A stretch of DNA of 64,000 nt, taken from the NCBI GenBank assembly GCA_905182835.1, contig CAJJDI010000004.1, forward strand, positions 27,213 through 91,212, written 5' to 3'. This stretch comes from an uncultured Flavobacteriaceae bacterium. GTDB taxonomy: Bacteria > Bacteroidota > Bacteroidia > Flavobacteriales > Flavobacteriaceae. The position numbers and the translations under genes are program-made. Below the pieces are notes generated by a model, which was not told the DNA's origin, did not search any database, and worked only from the letters and a program-made list of their open reading frames with translations. Below are positions 31,079-40,927 of this stretch, piece by piece; positions within the stretch are counted from its first letter, which is position 1, and the number at the start of each line of letters is the position of its first letter.

Positions 31079-32671
31079 ATGACACACAAGAGAATAATAG
31101 TTTTTAGTCTTTTTTTAATTATCAATTCATGTGATTTTATTGCTTTTGCTAGTGATATAATACCAAAGCCTAACTCTAAAATTATTACCAGTGGTGAATT
31201 TATTTTATCTAATAACACTAAAATAAATTACTCTGATGATTTTAAAATATCTGGCGACTTTCTAATGGATTATATTATAAGTGAAGAACATGTTGAGGAG
31301 TATGTAAATAAAATTAATTTCATAAAAAAAAATATTAAAAATGATGAAGGATATGAAATAGAAATACTAACAAATGAAATAAATATATACAGCAAATCTA
31401 ATAAAGGAGCTTTTTATGCCGTTCAAACACTCAGGCAGTTATTACCAGTTGAATTTGAAAACAATAAAACAAAATTATTTAAGGTTAATATTCCTTGTCA
31501 AGTTATTAAAGATTCCCCTAAATTTAAATACAGAGGAATGCACCTTGATGTCAGTAGACATATGTTTTCAGTAGAATTCATAAAAAAATATATTGATGCC
31601 TTAGCTATGCTTAAATTTAATACATTTCATTGGCATTTAACAGAGGATCAAGGATGGAGAATTGAAATTAAAAAATACCCTAAACTTAATTCAATTGGAT
31701 CCTATAGAGACTCTACTTTAATAGGCCATTATACTGATAAACCTATCAAATATGATAAAACAAGATACGGAGGTTATTATACTCAAAAAGAAATTAAAGA
31801 AATTGTAGAGTTTGCAAATTCCAGAGAGGTGTTAATCATACCTGAAATTGAAATGCCAGGACATGCTCAAGCTGCAATAGCATCATACCCATACTTAAGC
31901 TGCAGACAAGAAAAAATAGGAGTTGCAACAACATGGGGAGTATTTGAAGATATTTATTGTACTAGAGAAAGTACATTTAGCTTCTTAGAAGATGTAATAG
32001 ATGAAGTAATTGAACTTTTTCCTGGTAAATATATTCATATTGGCGGAGATGAAGCTCCTAAGAAAAGATGGGAAGAGTGCAGTCATTGTCAAAATTTAAT
32101 TAAAAAAGAAGGATTAAAAGACGAGCATGAACTTCAAAGTTATTTTATAACTAGAATGGAGAAATATATTAATTCAAAAGGTAAAAAAATAATTGGCTGG
32201 GATGAAATTTTAGATGGCGGACTTGCTCCTAATGCTACAGTTATGTCTTGGAGAGGAGAAAGTGGAGGAATCAAGGCTGCACAAATGGGTCATGAAGTGA
32301 TTATGAGTCCTAATGCAAATTTGTATTTCGATCATTATCAAACAAAAAAGGAAGGGGAGCCAGTAGCAATTGGAGGCTTCACTCCTATCGAAGAAGTATA
32401 TAATTACAATCCAATTCCTAAAGAACTACATGAAAACGAGAAGAAATATATTATTGGTGCACAAGCTAATGTTTGGACAGAATATATGAAAACTAGTGAA
32501 CATGTAGAATACATGGTGTTTCCAAGGATTTTAGCACTTTCTGAAGTCCTTTGGAGCAGTAATAGTACTAATTTTACAGAGTTTAAACTAAGGGCTGAAA
32601 ACTACTTTGAAAGATTAGAAAAACTAGATATTAATTATTCTAAACATCTAGAAAAAGAAGAAATAAAATGA
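31079..32671 (+). CDS. Beta-N-acetylhexosaminidase (GH20)
   Basis: RGMHLDVSRH, FHWHLTEDQGWR, PEIEMPGH, IHIGGDE. Confidence 0.93.
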   Translation: MTHKRIIVFSLFLIINSCDFIAFASDIIPKPNSKIITSGEFILSNNTKINYSDDFKISGDFLMDYIISEEHVEEYVNKINFIKKNIKNDEGYEIEILTNEINIYSKSNKGAFYAVQTLRQLLPVEFENNKTKLFKVNIPCQVIKDSPKFKYRGMHLDVSRHMFSVEFIKKYIDALAMLKFNTFHWHLTEDQGWRIEIKKYPKLNSIGSYRDSTLIGHYTDKPIKYDKTRYGGYYTQKEIKEIVEFANSREVLIIPEIEMPGHAQAAIASYPYLSCRQEKIGVATTWGVFEDIYCTRESTFSFLEDVIDEVIELFPGKYIHIGGDEAPKKRWEECSHCQNLIKKEGLKDEHELQSYFITRMEKYINSKGKKIIGWDEILDGGLAPNATVMSWRGESGGIKAAQMGHEVIMSPNANLYFDHYQTKKEGEPVAIGGFTPIEEVYNYNPIPKELHENEKKYIIGAQANVWTEYMKTSEHVEYMVFPRILALSEVLWSSNSTNFTEFKLRAENYFERLEKLDINYSKHLEKEEIK

Positions 32672-33339
32672 TATTAGAGGTATGTGCTAATTCATATGAG
32701 TCTGCTATCAATGCAGAAAAAGGTGGAGCCCACAGGATTGAGCTTTGTGAAAATTTAAATTTAGGTGGTATTACTCCAGACTATAAACTTGCAAGTAAAG
32801 TCATTTCAAAATTGAAAATACCTGTTTATGTTTTAATAAGACCAAGGGCTGGTAACTTTAATTATTCACAAGAAGAATTTGAACAAATTAAAAAAGATAT
32901 TAGAATATTTAAAGATCTTGGTTGTAAAGGAATTGTTTCTGGTGTACTAACAAAAGATAAAAATATAGATATAGATAAAACAAAAGAATTAATTAATCTT
33001 TCAAGACCATTAGAATTCACTTTTCATAGGGCTTTTGATGAGGTGTTAAATCCAATTAAGAGCTTAAAACAACTTATTAAATTAAAAGCCGATAGATTAC
33101 TTACTTCAGGTCAAAAGAACACCGCAGTTGAAGGAGTTGATTTAATTAAAGAGTTAATCAACATTGGTAATAATCAGATTAAAATAATGCCAGGTAGTGG
33201 TATTAACCAAACTAATATTCTAGAGTTTACGAAACTGGATATAGATGAGATTCATGGATCTTTTTCAAATAATATAAAAAATCCTAAAAAAGTAACTAAT
33301 GTTGATATGATTTTAAAGTGTATTAGAATACTAAAGTAA
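32668..33339 (+). CDS. cutC: Copper homeostasis protein CutC
   Basis: MILEVCANSYESAINAEKGGAHRIELC, FTFHRAFD, RLLTSG. Confidence 0.9.
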   Translation: MILEVCANSYESAINAEKGGAHRIELCENLNLGGITPDYKLASKVISKLKIPVYVLIRPRAGNFNYSQEEFEQIKKDIRIFKDLGCKGIVSGVLTKDKNIDIDKTKELINLSRPLEFTFHRAFDEVLNPIKSLKQLIKLKADRLLTSGQKNTAVEGVDLIKELINIGNNQIKIMPGSGINQTNILEFTKLDIDEIHGSFSNNIKNPKKVTNVDMILKCIRILK

Positions 33340-33374
33340 CACTAGACCTTAAAACAACAGTAATGATATTAGTC

Positions 33375-34346
33375 TTAATTATTGTCAAATATTCCATTAA
33401 GAATATCTTTCATCTGTTCGTTTTCAATTAGAAATGCGTCATGCCCATATTCAGATTTAATTTCGAATATGTTAACATTTTTTTTAATTTTTTTAATTCT
33501 TTCATACATTTTCCAATTTTCATTTGAACAAAAAAGAAGATCTGAATCAATTGTAATTATATTAATGTTACCAGTAATTTTTTTTATTAGTTCGTTTAAT
33601 ACATCCTCTCCTCTAGTTATATCTATAGTTTTAAGTAGTTGATTCATTGATTTATAAGCTTGAACTTTAAATCTATTTTCAAGGCTTTTCCCATGATGAT
33701 TTAACCATGCCTCGATACTATATATGTTATCTTTTTTTTCTCTACTATACCTTGAATTGAAGGACTCAGGTGTTCTATAAAGAGTCATTGCATGTATTCT
33801 GGCATCATAAAGTGGTTTTGACGAATTATTTAGAATACTATCTTGAATAAAACAATTAGCGATAAGCCAATCACTTGATTTCCAGTCTGAAGCAACTGGA
33901 ATGATATGTTTTATCAAATCAGGATTTAATATTGCTAATTCCCATACAATTCCACCACCAAGAGAACCTCCAATGGCGGCATAAAGTTTGTATATATTTA
34001 ATTTTTTTAAACCAATACTGAAAATTTTAGCTATATCAATAGCAATAAAATCTTTATAATTATATATTAAATTTTCTTCAATATTATCATATCCATTCCC
34101 TGGAATATTAAATGAAACTACTGTAAATTTATTAGTATTAATAATTTTGTTTGATCCAATTAATTTATTCCACCATCCGTTTCTGCCAGCAACATTAGAA
34201 TTCCCAGTTAAAGCATGATTCACTAAGATTACAGGCGAAACTCCAATTGGTTTGCCAAAAATCTGATAGGATAATGATATTTTTTGCAAACCACCATCAA
34301 ATCTTTTATAGTTAAATGGTGAAATATATTTTATTTTATTAGACAT
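33375..34346 (-). CDS. metX: Homoserine O-acetyltransferase (alpha/beta hydrolase)
   Basis: LVNHALTGNSNVAG..GWW and the nucleophile elbow GGSLGG. It lies directly downstream of metY behind a SAM riboswitch. Confidence 0.8.
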   Translation of the reverse strand: MSNKIKYISPFNYKRFDGGLQKISLSYQIFGKPIGVSPVILVNHALTGNSNVAGRNGWWNKLIGSNKIINTNKFTVVSFNIPGNGYDNIEENLIYNYKDFIAIDIAKIFSIGLKKLNIYKLYAAIGGSLGGGIVWELAILNPDLIKHIIPVASDWKSSDWLIANCFIQDSILNNSSKPLYDARIHAMTLYRTPESFNSRYSREKKDNIYSIEAWLNHHGKSLENRFKVQAYKSMNQLLKTIDITRGEDVLNELIKKITGNINIITIDSDLLFCSNENWKMYERIKKIKKNVNIFEIKSEYGHDAFLIENEQMKDILNGIFDNN

Positions 34347-34349
34347 ATA

Positions 34350-35624
34350 TTATATGTAATTAAGCGCTTCTCTTAAATCTTCTTTTAAATCATATATACT
34401 TTCTAATCCAACAGATAATCTAATTAAATCTTTAGACACTCCTGTTTTTATTTGATCTTCTTCGGATAGCTGTTGGTGAGTCGTGCTAGCAGGGTGAATT
34501 ATCAATGATTTTGTATCACCAATATTTGCTAATAGAGAAAATAATTTTGTAGAATCTACTACTTTTTTTGCTGATTCATAACCACCTATTACTCCAAAAG
34601 TAACTAATCCACTTTGCCCATCTGGCAAGTATTTTTTTGCGTTTAAATATTGTGAATTAGAACTTAATCCTGGGTAATTAACCCATCTAACTTTTGGGTT
34701 TTGTTCTAGCCATTTAGCAAGCTCTAGTGCATTAGAGCAGTGTAGATTCATTCTTATTTTAAGAGTTTCCATTCCTTGAATAATTTGAAATGCATTAAAT
34801 GGGCTAAGAGCAGATCCATAGTCTCTAAGTCCTTCAATTCTAACTTTAGCAATGAACGCAGATTCGCCTAATACTTCACTATAAACTAATCCATGATATC
34901 CAGGAGATGGTTCAGTAAATTCAGGAAATTTACCATTTTCCCAGTCAAATTTACCTGCATCAATTATTACACCACCTAAAGCTGTTCCATTTCCATTAAT
35001 GTATTTTGTAAGAGAATGAATAATAATATTAGCACCATATTTAATAGGATTTAATAGTGCTGGAGTCGCAACAGTATTATCAACTATAAGAGGAATTTTT
35101 AATTCTTTTATTTTTTTTGAAATTTCTTCAATATCAAGAACATCTAATTTTGGATTTCCAAGAGACTCAATAAAACAAACTTTTGTGTTTTCTTTAGCAG
35201 CTTCAATAAAATTATTGGGGTCAGATGGATCAACAAAAGTTGTTGTAATACCATGCCTAGGTAAGGTAACACTTAGTAAATTATAAGTACCACCATACAA
35301 GCTGTTTGATGCTATTATATGATCTCCACTTCTTAATAATGTTAAAAGGGTAGTTGCTATAGCTGATGCTCCAGATGCTGTAACAACAGCAGCTATACCT
35401 CCTTCTATTGATGCTAACCTTTGCTCTAAAATATCATTTGTTGGATTATTTATTCTTGTATAGATATTTCCAGGTTCAGCCAAGGAGAAAAGATTAGCCG
35501 CATGATCGGAATCATTAAATACATATGCCGTAGATTGATAAATAGGAACAGCTCTAGTTCCAGAATTACTTTTCACATCATGACCATGATGTAATAACTT
35601 TGTTGCAAATTTTTGATTACTCAT
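34350..35624 (-). CDS. metY: O-acetylhomoserine aminocarboxypropyltransferase (sulfhydrylase)
   Basis: 424 aa with TRAVPIYQSTAYVF, IHSLTKYINGNG (PLP Lys) and HPASTTH. Confidence 0.93.
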   Translation of the reverse strand: MSNQKFATKLLHHGHDVKSNSGTRAVPIYQSTAYVFNDSDHAANLFSLAEPGNIYTRINNPTNDILEQRLASIEGGIAAVVTASGASAIATTLLTLLRSGDHIIASNSLYGGTYNLLSVTLPRHGITTTFVDPSDPNNFIEAAKENTKVCFIESLGNPKLDVLDIEEISKKIKELKIPLIVDNTVATPALLNPIKYGANIIIHSLTKYINGNGTALGGVIIDAGKFDWENGKFPEFTEPSPGYHGLVYSEVLGESAFIAKVRIEGLRDYGSALSPFNAFQIIQGMETLKIRMNLHCSNALELAKWLEQNPKVRWVNYPGLSSNSQYLNAKKYLPDGQSGLVTFGVIGGYESAKKVVDSTKLFSLLANIGDTKSLIIHPASTTHQQLSEEDQIKTGVSKDLIRLSVGLESIYDLKEDLREALNYI

Positions 35625-35735
35625 TTTTTATTTTTTTTGTATTAGTTAATTAGTACAAAAGACAGCATTAAAAAAATGCATAAATAGTAATATGTTATAA
35701 GAGAAAAATATTGAAATTATTTAATTTCATATTAG

Positions 35736-35830
35736 TTATCTATCCATGATAGGTAGAATTTAGCACCTTCTTTAATTGTTAAAGGGTTGCTAAGGCATCA
35801 CAGGGTCTATCCCTCCGCCTTTCTTGATAA
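35736..35830 (-). promoter_or_regulatory. SAM-I (S-box) riboswitch aptamer controlling metY-metX
   Basis: The minus strand reads UUAUCAAGAAAGGCGGAGGGAUAGACCCUGUGAUGCCUUAGCAACCCUUUAACAAUUAAAGAAGGUGCUAAAUUCUACCUAUCAUGGAUAGAUAA. P1 is UUAUC/GAUAA. The conserved GAGGGA, GCAACC and GGUGCUAA blocks are all present. Confidence 0.88.
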
Positions 35831-35925
35831 CACGTCAATATGTTTATTGAACTTTTGAATTACTAATATATATATAATTGAATACCAGTGAACTTTATTT
35901 TGTTGGTTTTTTTTAAGTTTTATCA

Positions 35926-35999
35926 TTTTTCCATAAATAGCTTATTTAAATTGTATTAAATTGATTTTCAATACAGTAAAAATGCTATTTATGGAAAAA
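35926..35999. repeat. 74-nt inverted repeat (perfect 16-bp arms) between trpA and the met riboswitch promoter region
   Basis: TTTTTCCATAAATAGC (35926-35941) and GCTATTTATGGAAAAA (35984-35999), with an inner 6-bp stem TGTATT/AATACA. No U-tract follows it on either strand. Confidence 0.7.
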
Positions 36000-36013
36000 T
36001 ATAAATTTTCGAA

Positions 36014-36778
36014 TTAATTTTTGTATTTTTTTATAAATGAGCGAATGCCATTAATTCCATATGAATTTATGTGATTAATAAATGCACTTCCAATTATAGC
36101 CCCTTCTGAAAATTGAACAGCTTCATTAAAAGATTTGGAGTCAGAAATGCCAAAGCCTATAATCTTTGGAGACTTTAAATGCATATTTTGAATTCTTTTA
36201 AAATAATCTATCTGCTCACTATCAAATCCATTTTTACTACCTGTTACACTTGAGCTACTTACCATATAAATAAACCCAGTTGAAATATTGTCAATTAATT
36301 TAATTCTTTCTTTGTTAGTTTGAGGAGTAATTAAGAAAATATTTAATAAATTGTTTTCTTTAAATATACTTTCATACGATTTTAAATATTCTTCTATTGG
36401 TAAGTCTGGTATTATTAATCCATCGATCCCAACCTGTTTACACTTTTTACAAAAATCATCAACTCCATATTGTAATATTGGATTAAAGTACCCCATTATT
36501 ATTAGTGGAATTTTCACTGTTTTTCTAATATCTTTTAGTTGATTGAATAATAGATCTGAATTCATTCCATTATTTAATGCTACTGTTGAACTACTTTGAA
36601 TAGTTAGTCCGTCTGCTAATGGATCACTAAATGGAAGCCCGATCTCCACCATACTAACTCCGCTTGCTTCTAAATTTTTAATTATTTTACAAGTGTCCTC
36701 TAATTTTGGATATCCTGCAGTAAAATAGATAGATAGTATATTATTGTTATTATCTAATTCTTTGATTATTCTATTCAT
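36014..36778 (-). CDS. trpA: Tryptophan synthase alpha chain
   Basis: 254 aa with VEIGLPFSDPLADG and GFGIS. Confidence 0.95.
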   Translation of the reverse strand: MNRIIKELDNNNNILSIYFTAGYPKLEDTCKIIKNLEASGVSMVEIGLPFSDPLADGLTIQSSSTVALNNGMNSDLLFNQLKDIRKTVKIPLIIMGYFNPILQYGVDDFCKKCKQVGIDGLIIPDLPIEEYLKSYESIFKENNLLNIFLITPQTNKERIKLIDNISTGFIYMVSSSSVTGSKNGFDSEQIDYFKRIQNMHLKSPKIIGFGISDSKSFNEAVQFSEGAIIGSAFINHINSYGINGIRSFIKKYKN

Positions 36779-36780
36779 AA

Positions 36781-37962
36781 TTAAAGTTTAAAGTAATCTA
36801 TGTAAGTGTCTAAATCTTTATCTCCTCTGCCTGACAAATTGATTACCACTATATCTTCTTTTTTAAATTTTTTATTTTCTAACACTGCAAAAGCATGAGC
36901 AGTTTCAATTGCTGGAATTATTCCCTCTAGCCTTGAGAGTTCAACTCCGGCCTTCATTGCTTGATTATCAGTTATTGAAATAAATTCTGCTCTTTTAGTT
37001 TTATATAAATTAGCATGCATTGGTCCAATTCCTGGATAATCTAATCCTGCTGAAATTGAATATGGCTCAGTTATTTGCCCGTCTTTAGTTTGCATAAGTA
37101 ATGTTTTACTACCGTGTATTACACCAGTATTTCCTAAAATTGAAGTGGCTGCACTTTTCCCAGAATCTATACCCATTCCAGACGCCTCTACTGCAATTAA
37201 CTTTACGTTTTTGTCATCTAAGTAATGATAAAATGCTCCTGCAGCATTACTTCCTCCGCCTACACATGCAATTATATAATCAGGAGATGAACTTCCTTCA
37301 ATTGATTCTAATTGCCATTTAATTTCTTCTGAAATAATTGCTTGAAATCTAGCGACCATATCTGGATATGGATGTGGCCCAACTACACTTCCTATTATAT
37401 AGTGTGTGTTTTCAGGATTGTTAATCCAATCTCTTATAGCTTCATTTGTAGCATCTTTAAGTGTCTTACTTCCAGACTTTGCTGGAATTACTTTTGCACC
37501 TAACATTTTCATTCTAGCTACATTTGGAGCTTGACGTTCAATATCTAGTTCCCCCATATAAATAACACATTCAATCCCCATCAAAGCACATACTGTAGCG
37601 GTCGCCACGCCATGCTGACCAGCACCTGTTTCAGCAATTATTCTTGTTTTATTTAATTTTTTTGCAATTAATATTTGCCCAATAGTATTATTGATTTTAT
37701 GCGCTCCAGTATGGCATAAGTCTTCTCGTTTTAGATATATTTTAGTATTATGCCTTTTGGATAACTGTTTGGCAAAGTACAATGGGGTTGGTCTACCTAC
37801 ATAATTTATTAATAATTGATTAAATTCTTTTTTAAAATCTGGGTCATTCATGAATTTTACATAATTCAATTTTAATTCTTCAATATTTGGATACAGCATC
37901 TCTGGTATAAATGCCCCTCCGAATTCTCCGTAGTATCCATTTTTATTTATGTTATAACTCAT
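36781..37962 (-). CDS. trpB: Tryptophan synthase beta chain
   Basis: 393 aa with [16 protein letters not shown] (PLP Lys), [10 protein letters not shown] and GGGSNA. Confidence 0.97.
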   Translation of the reverse strand: MSYNINKNGYYGEFGGAFIPEMLYPNIEELKLNYVKFMNDPDFKKEFNQLLINYVGRPTPLYFAKQLSKRHNTKIYLKREDLCHTGAHKINNTIGQILIAKKLNKTRIIAETGAGQHGVATATVCALMGIECVIYMGELDIERQAPNVARMKMLGAKVIPAKSGSKTLKDATNEAIRDWINNPENTHYIIGSVVGPHPYPDMVARFQAIISEEIKWQLESIEGSSSPDYIIACVGGGSNAAGAFYHYLDDKNVKLIAVEASGMGIDSGKSAATSILGNTGVIHGSKTLLMQTKDGQITEPYSISAGLDYPGIGPMHANLYKTKRAEFISITDNQAMKAGVELSRLEGIIPAIETAHAFAVLENKKFKKEDIVVINLSGRGDKDLDTYIDYFKL

Positions 37963-38576
37963 TTTAAATTGTTTATTAAGTTCTTTATTTTTTTTACATT
38001 TTTAATACCAGGTTCTATTTCATACATGCTATTTACATCAATAGCAAAACAAAATTTACCTGCCTTTGTTTTACGGAATTCAATAATATCGTTTGTATCT
38101 CCTATTCCTATTCCCCCACTTAAAAAATATGGTTTAATTAATTTGTAATTTTTTAAAATCTGCCAATTAAATTTATAACCATTACCACCTGGGTAACTCC
38201 CTTTTGTATCAAATAAATAGTAATCACAGGATTTGTCAAATTCTTTAAGGCATTCAAAATCGAAATTTTCATCTATACTGAATGCTTTTATAATTTTAAA
38301 ATTATTCTTTTTAAGATCTGCACAAAATTTGACATCTTCATTTCCATGTAATTGAACAGTGTTTATGTCATATTTACAAAGTATATCTTTAACTTTTTCT
38401 ATAGTTTCATTTACAAATACAGCTATCTTTTCAATTTTATTAGATATAATTGGAATATCACCGGTGACGAACCTTTTTGACTTATTATAAAAAATAAACC
38501 CCATGTAATCTGGATTTAATTCTGAAACATCAATGATGTTATTATTATCTCTCATTCCACAAACTTTAAGCTTCAT
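37959..38576 (-). CDS. trpF: Phosphoribosylanthranilate isomerase
   Basis: [27 protein letters not shown]. Confidence 0.92.
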   Translation of the reverse strand: MKLKVCGMRDNNNIIDVSELNPDYMGFIFYNKSKRFVTGDIPIISNKIEKIAVFVNETIEKVKDILCKYDINTVQLHGNEDVKFCADLKKNNFKIIKAFSIDENFDFECLKEFDKSCDYYLFDTKGSYPGGNGYKFNWQILKNYKLIKPYFLSGGIGIGDTNDIIEFRKTKAGKFCFAIDVNSMYEIEPGIKNVKKIKNLINNLK

Positions 38577-38577
38577 T

Positions 38578-39363
38578 TTAAATTTTTAATGAGTTAATAA
38601 AATTATTTGCCATTTTCCCAGGATTCTCATTTTTCATAAAATTCTCACCTATAAGAAAGCCATCATAACCAATCTCTTTAAGTTCCCTTATTGAACTTAT
38701 TTTAGATATTCCACTTTCTGATATTTTCATATAATCATTAGAGATGTGAGGGAATAATTTTTTACTTATATCTATGCTAGTTTTAAATGTTTTAAGGTCT
38801 CTATTATTAACTCCAATGATATCAACACTATCATTAGAATATAAATTTATTTCGTCTATATTATGAACTTCTAATAAAACCTCAAGTCTTAATTCTTTAG
38901 CTTTTTTTGCTAAGTACTTTAATTTATCTACGCTAAGAATAGCAGCAATTAGTAATACTATATCTGCACCATATGCCTTAGCTTCGTATATCTGGTATTC
39001 ATCAATTATAAAATCTTTTCTTAGTATTGGTAGATTGCAGCTTGATTTGGCTAATAATAAATCTTCTAATGAACCTCCAAAATATTTTTGATTTGTAAGT
39101 GTTGACATTCCAGATGCACCCGCATTCATATACCCCATTGCTACATCTTGAACATTTGAATTTTGATTAATAATTGATTTTGAAGGAGATCTTCTTTTAA
39201 ATTCTGCTATGATTCCATAATCACTATTGTTTATATTATCTTTTAAGGAAATAGTTTGCAAATTAAATAACTTAAAATCCTCAAGGTCTTCAATCGAAAT
39301 AAACTTTTTCTTTAGAAAAATTTCATTTTTTTTATCGATAACTATTTTTTCTAAGATGTTCAT
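38578..39363 (-). CDS. trpC: Indole-3-glycerol phosphate synthase
   Basis: IAEFKRRSPSK, LRKDFIIDEYQIYEA, VNNRDLKTF. Confidence 0.94.
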   Translation of the reverse strand: MNILEKIVIDKKNEIFLKKKFISIEDLEDFKLFNLQTISLKDNINNSDYGIIAEFKRRSPSKSIINQNSNVQDVAMGYMNAGASGMSTLTNQKYFGGSLEDLLLAKSSCNLPILRKDFIIDEYQIYEAKAYGADIVLLIAAILSVDKLKYLAKKAKELRLEVLLEVHNIDEINLYSNDSVDIIGVNNRDLKTFKTSIDISKKLFPHISNDYMKISESGISKISSIRELKEIGYDGFLIGENFMKNENPGKMANNFINSLKI

Positions 39364-40355
39364 TTTTTACTTATTTTTTGAAGAGATTTTATAGATTTTA
39401 ATGCTCTTTTAGAATTTAGAGACTCTTGTGCTAATTCAAATCCTTGCTGGATACTAACTCCTTTATAAGTTGAAATTGCAATTCCTGCATTAGCACATAC
39501 TACGTTATTTTGAGCTTCTGATCCATTTCCGTTAATTATATCCATAAAAACTTTTGATGAAGATTCAATTGACTTACCTCCATAAATTTGATGTTCTTTA
39601 ACTTGTGGTACTTTTAAGTAATTAGCATCAATAATTATTTCTGAACTATTAGAACATATTTTAGTTTTACCTGTTAACGAAACCTCATCATAGCCATCAA
39701 GAGAATGTATAATACTGTATTTTTTATCTGTTTGTTGATATAAGTAAGAATAAAGCCTTAATAATTCTAAGTTAAATACACCTACCATTTGATTCTTTGG
39801 AAAAGAGGGGTTTACCATTGGTCCTAGAATATTAAAAAAAGTTTTAACTCCCATTTTTTTTCTAATAGGAGCTACATTTTTCATTGCAGGATGAAATAGT
39901 GGAGCATGCAAAATACATATTCCAGCCTTATCTATACATTCAATTAAAAAGTCCTGATCATTAGAAAACTTAACACCTAAGAAGTCTAAAACATTGGAAG
40001 ATCCACAAGCTGATGATACTCCATAATTTCCATGTTTTGCAACTTTTACATCTGCACCAGCACATATAAATGAAGATAAGGTTGATATGTTAAATGTATC
40101 TTTTCCATCTCCTCCGGTACCACATAAGTCTATTGTATTAAAATCGGATAAATCAATTGGTAGACATAACTCAAGTAAGGCTTCCTTAAAGCCTATTAGT
40201 TCTTCTATTGTAATACTTCTCATTAAATAAACAGTTAAAAATGCAGCAATTTCATTTGAGTTATAATCTCCTTTAGAAATTTTAACCAAAACAACTTTAG
40301 CTTCATTTTTAGATAAAGTTTCATGATTTGTTAGTCTATTTAATATGTTTTTCAT
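39360..40355 (-). CDS. trpD: Anthranilate phosphoribosyltransferase
   Basis: DLCGTGGDGKDTFNIST, KHGNYGVSS. Confidence 0.94.
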   Translation of the reverse strand: MKNILNRLTNHETLSKNEAKVVLVKISKGDYNSNEIAAFLTVYLMRSITIEELIGFKEALLELCLPIDLSDFNTIDLCGTGGDGKDTFNISTLSSFICAGADVKVAKHGNYGVSSACGSSNVLDFLGVKFSNDQDFLIECIDKAGICILHAPLFHPAMKNVAPIRKKMGVKTFFNILGPMVNPSFPKNQMVGVFNLELLRLYSYLYQQTDKKYSIIHSLDGYDEVSLTGKTKICSNSSEIIIDANYLKVPQVKEHQIYGGKSIESSSKVFMDIINGNGSEAQNNVVCANAGIAISTYKGVSIQQGFELAQESLNSKRALKSIKSLQKISKK

Positions 40356-40357
40356 TA

Positions 40358-40924
40358 TTAAGAATTTAACCAGTTATTTAATATTTTTTTTCCGTCTGGT
40401 GTAAGAAGAGATTCAGGATGAAATTGAACTCCTTTTACATCATAATTTTTGTGTCTAAGAGACATTATATTACCATTATTATCAATTGCAGTCACCTCTA
40501 ATAAATCAGGAATATTTTTGTCTACCACCCAAGAATGATACCTCCCAGTTAGAATTTTTTTACTTAAGCCTTTGTAAAGAGGTTCGTCATCTACAGTAAT
40601 AATTGTTTCCATATCAACACCATGATATACTTCTTTTAAATTAGTTAAGGTTCCATCAAACACCTCTGCAATTGCTTGATGCCCCAGGCAAACTCCTAAT
40701 ATGCTTTTTGAGGCTGCATATTTTTTTATAATTTTTTTCAGATCACCAGCTTCATCAGGAATACCTGGTCCAGGAGAGATTAATATCCTGTCAAATCTTA
40801 AAGGAAGAGAAATATCCATTTTATCATTTCTAACCACGGTTACTTCGCAATCTAATTCCTTTAAGTAGAGTGCTAAATTATAAGTAAAGCTATCGTAGTT
40901 ATCTATTACTAATATTTTTTGCAT
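40358..40924 (-). CDS. trpG: Anthranilate synthase component II (glutamine amidotransferase)
   Basis: ISPGPG, GVCLGHQ (catalytic Cys), GVQFHPES. Confidence 0.93.
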   Translation of the reverse strand: MQKILVIDNYDSFTYNLALYLKELDCEVTVVRNDKMDISLPLRFDRILISPGPGIPDEAGDLKKIIKKYAASKSILGVCLGHQAIAEVFDGTLTNLKEVYHGVDMETIITVDDEPLYKGLSKKILTGRYHSWVVDKNIPDLLEVTAIDNNGNIMSLRHKNYDVKGVQFHPESLLTPDGKKILNNWLNS

Positions 40925-40927
40925 AAT

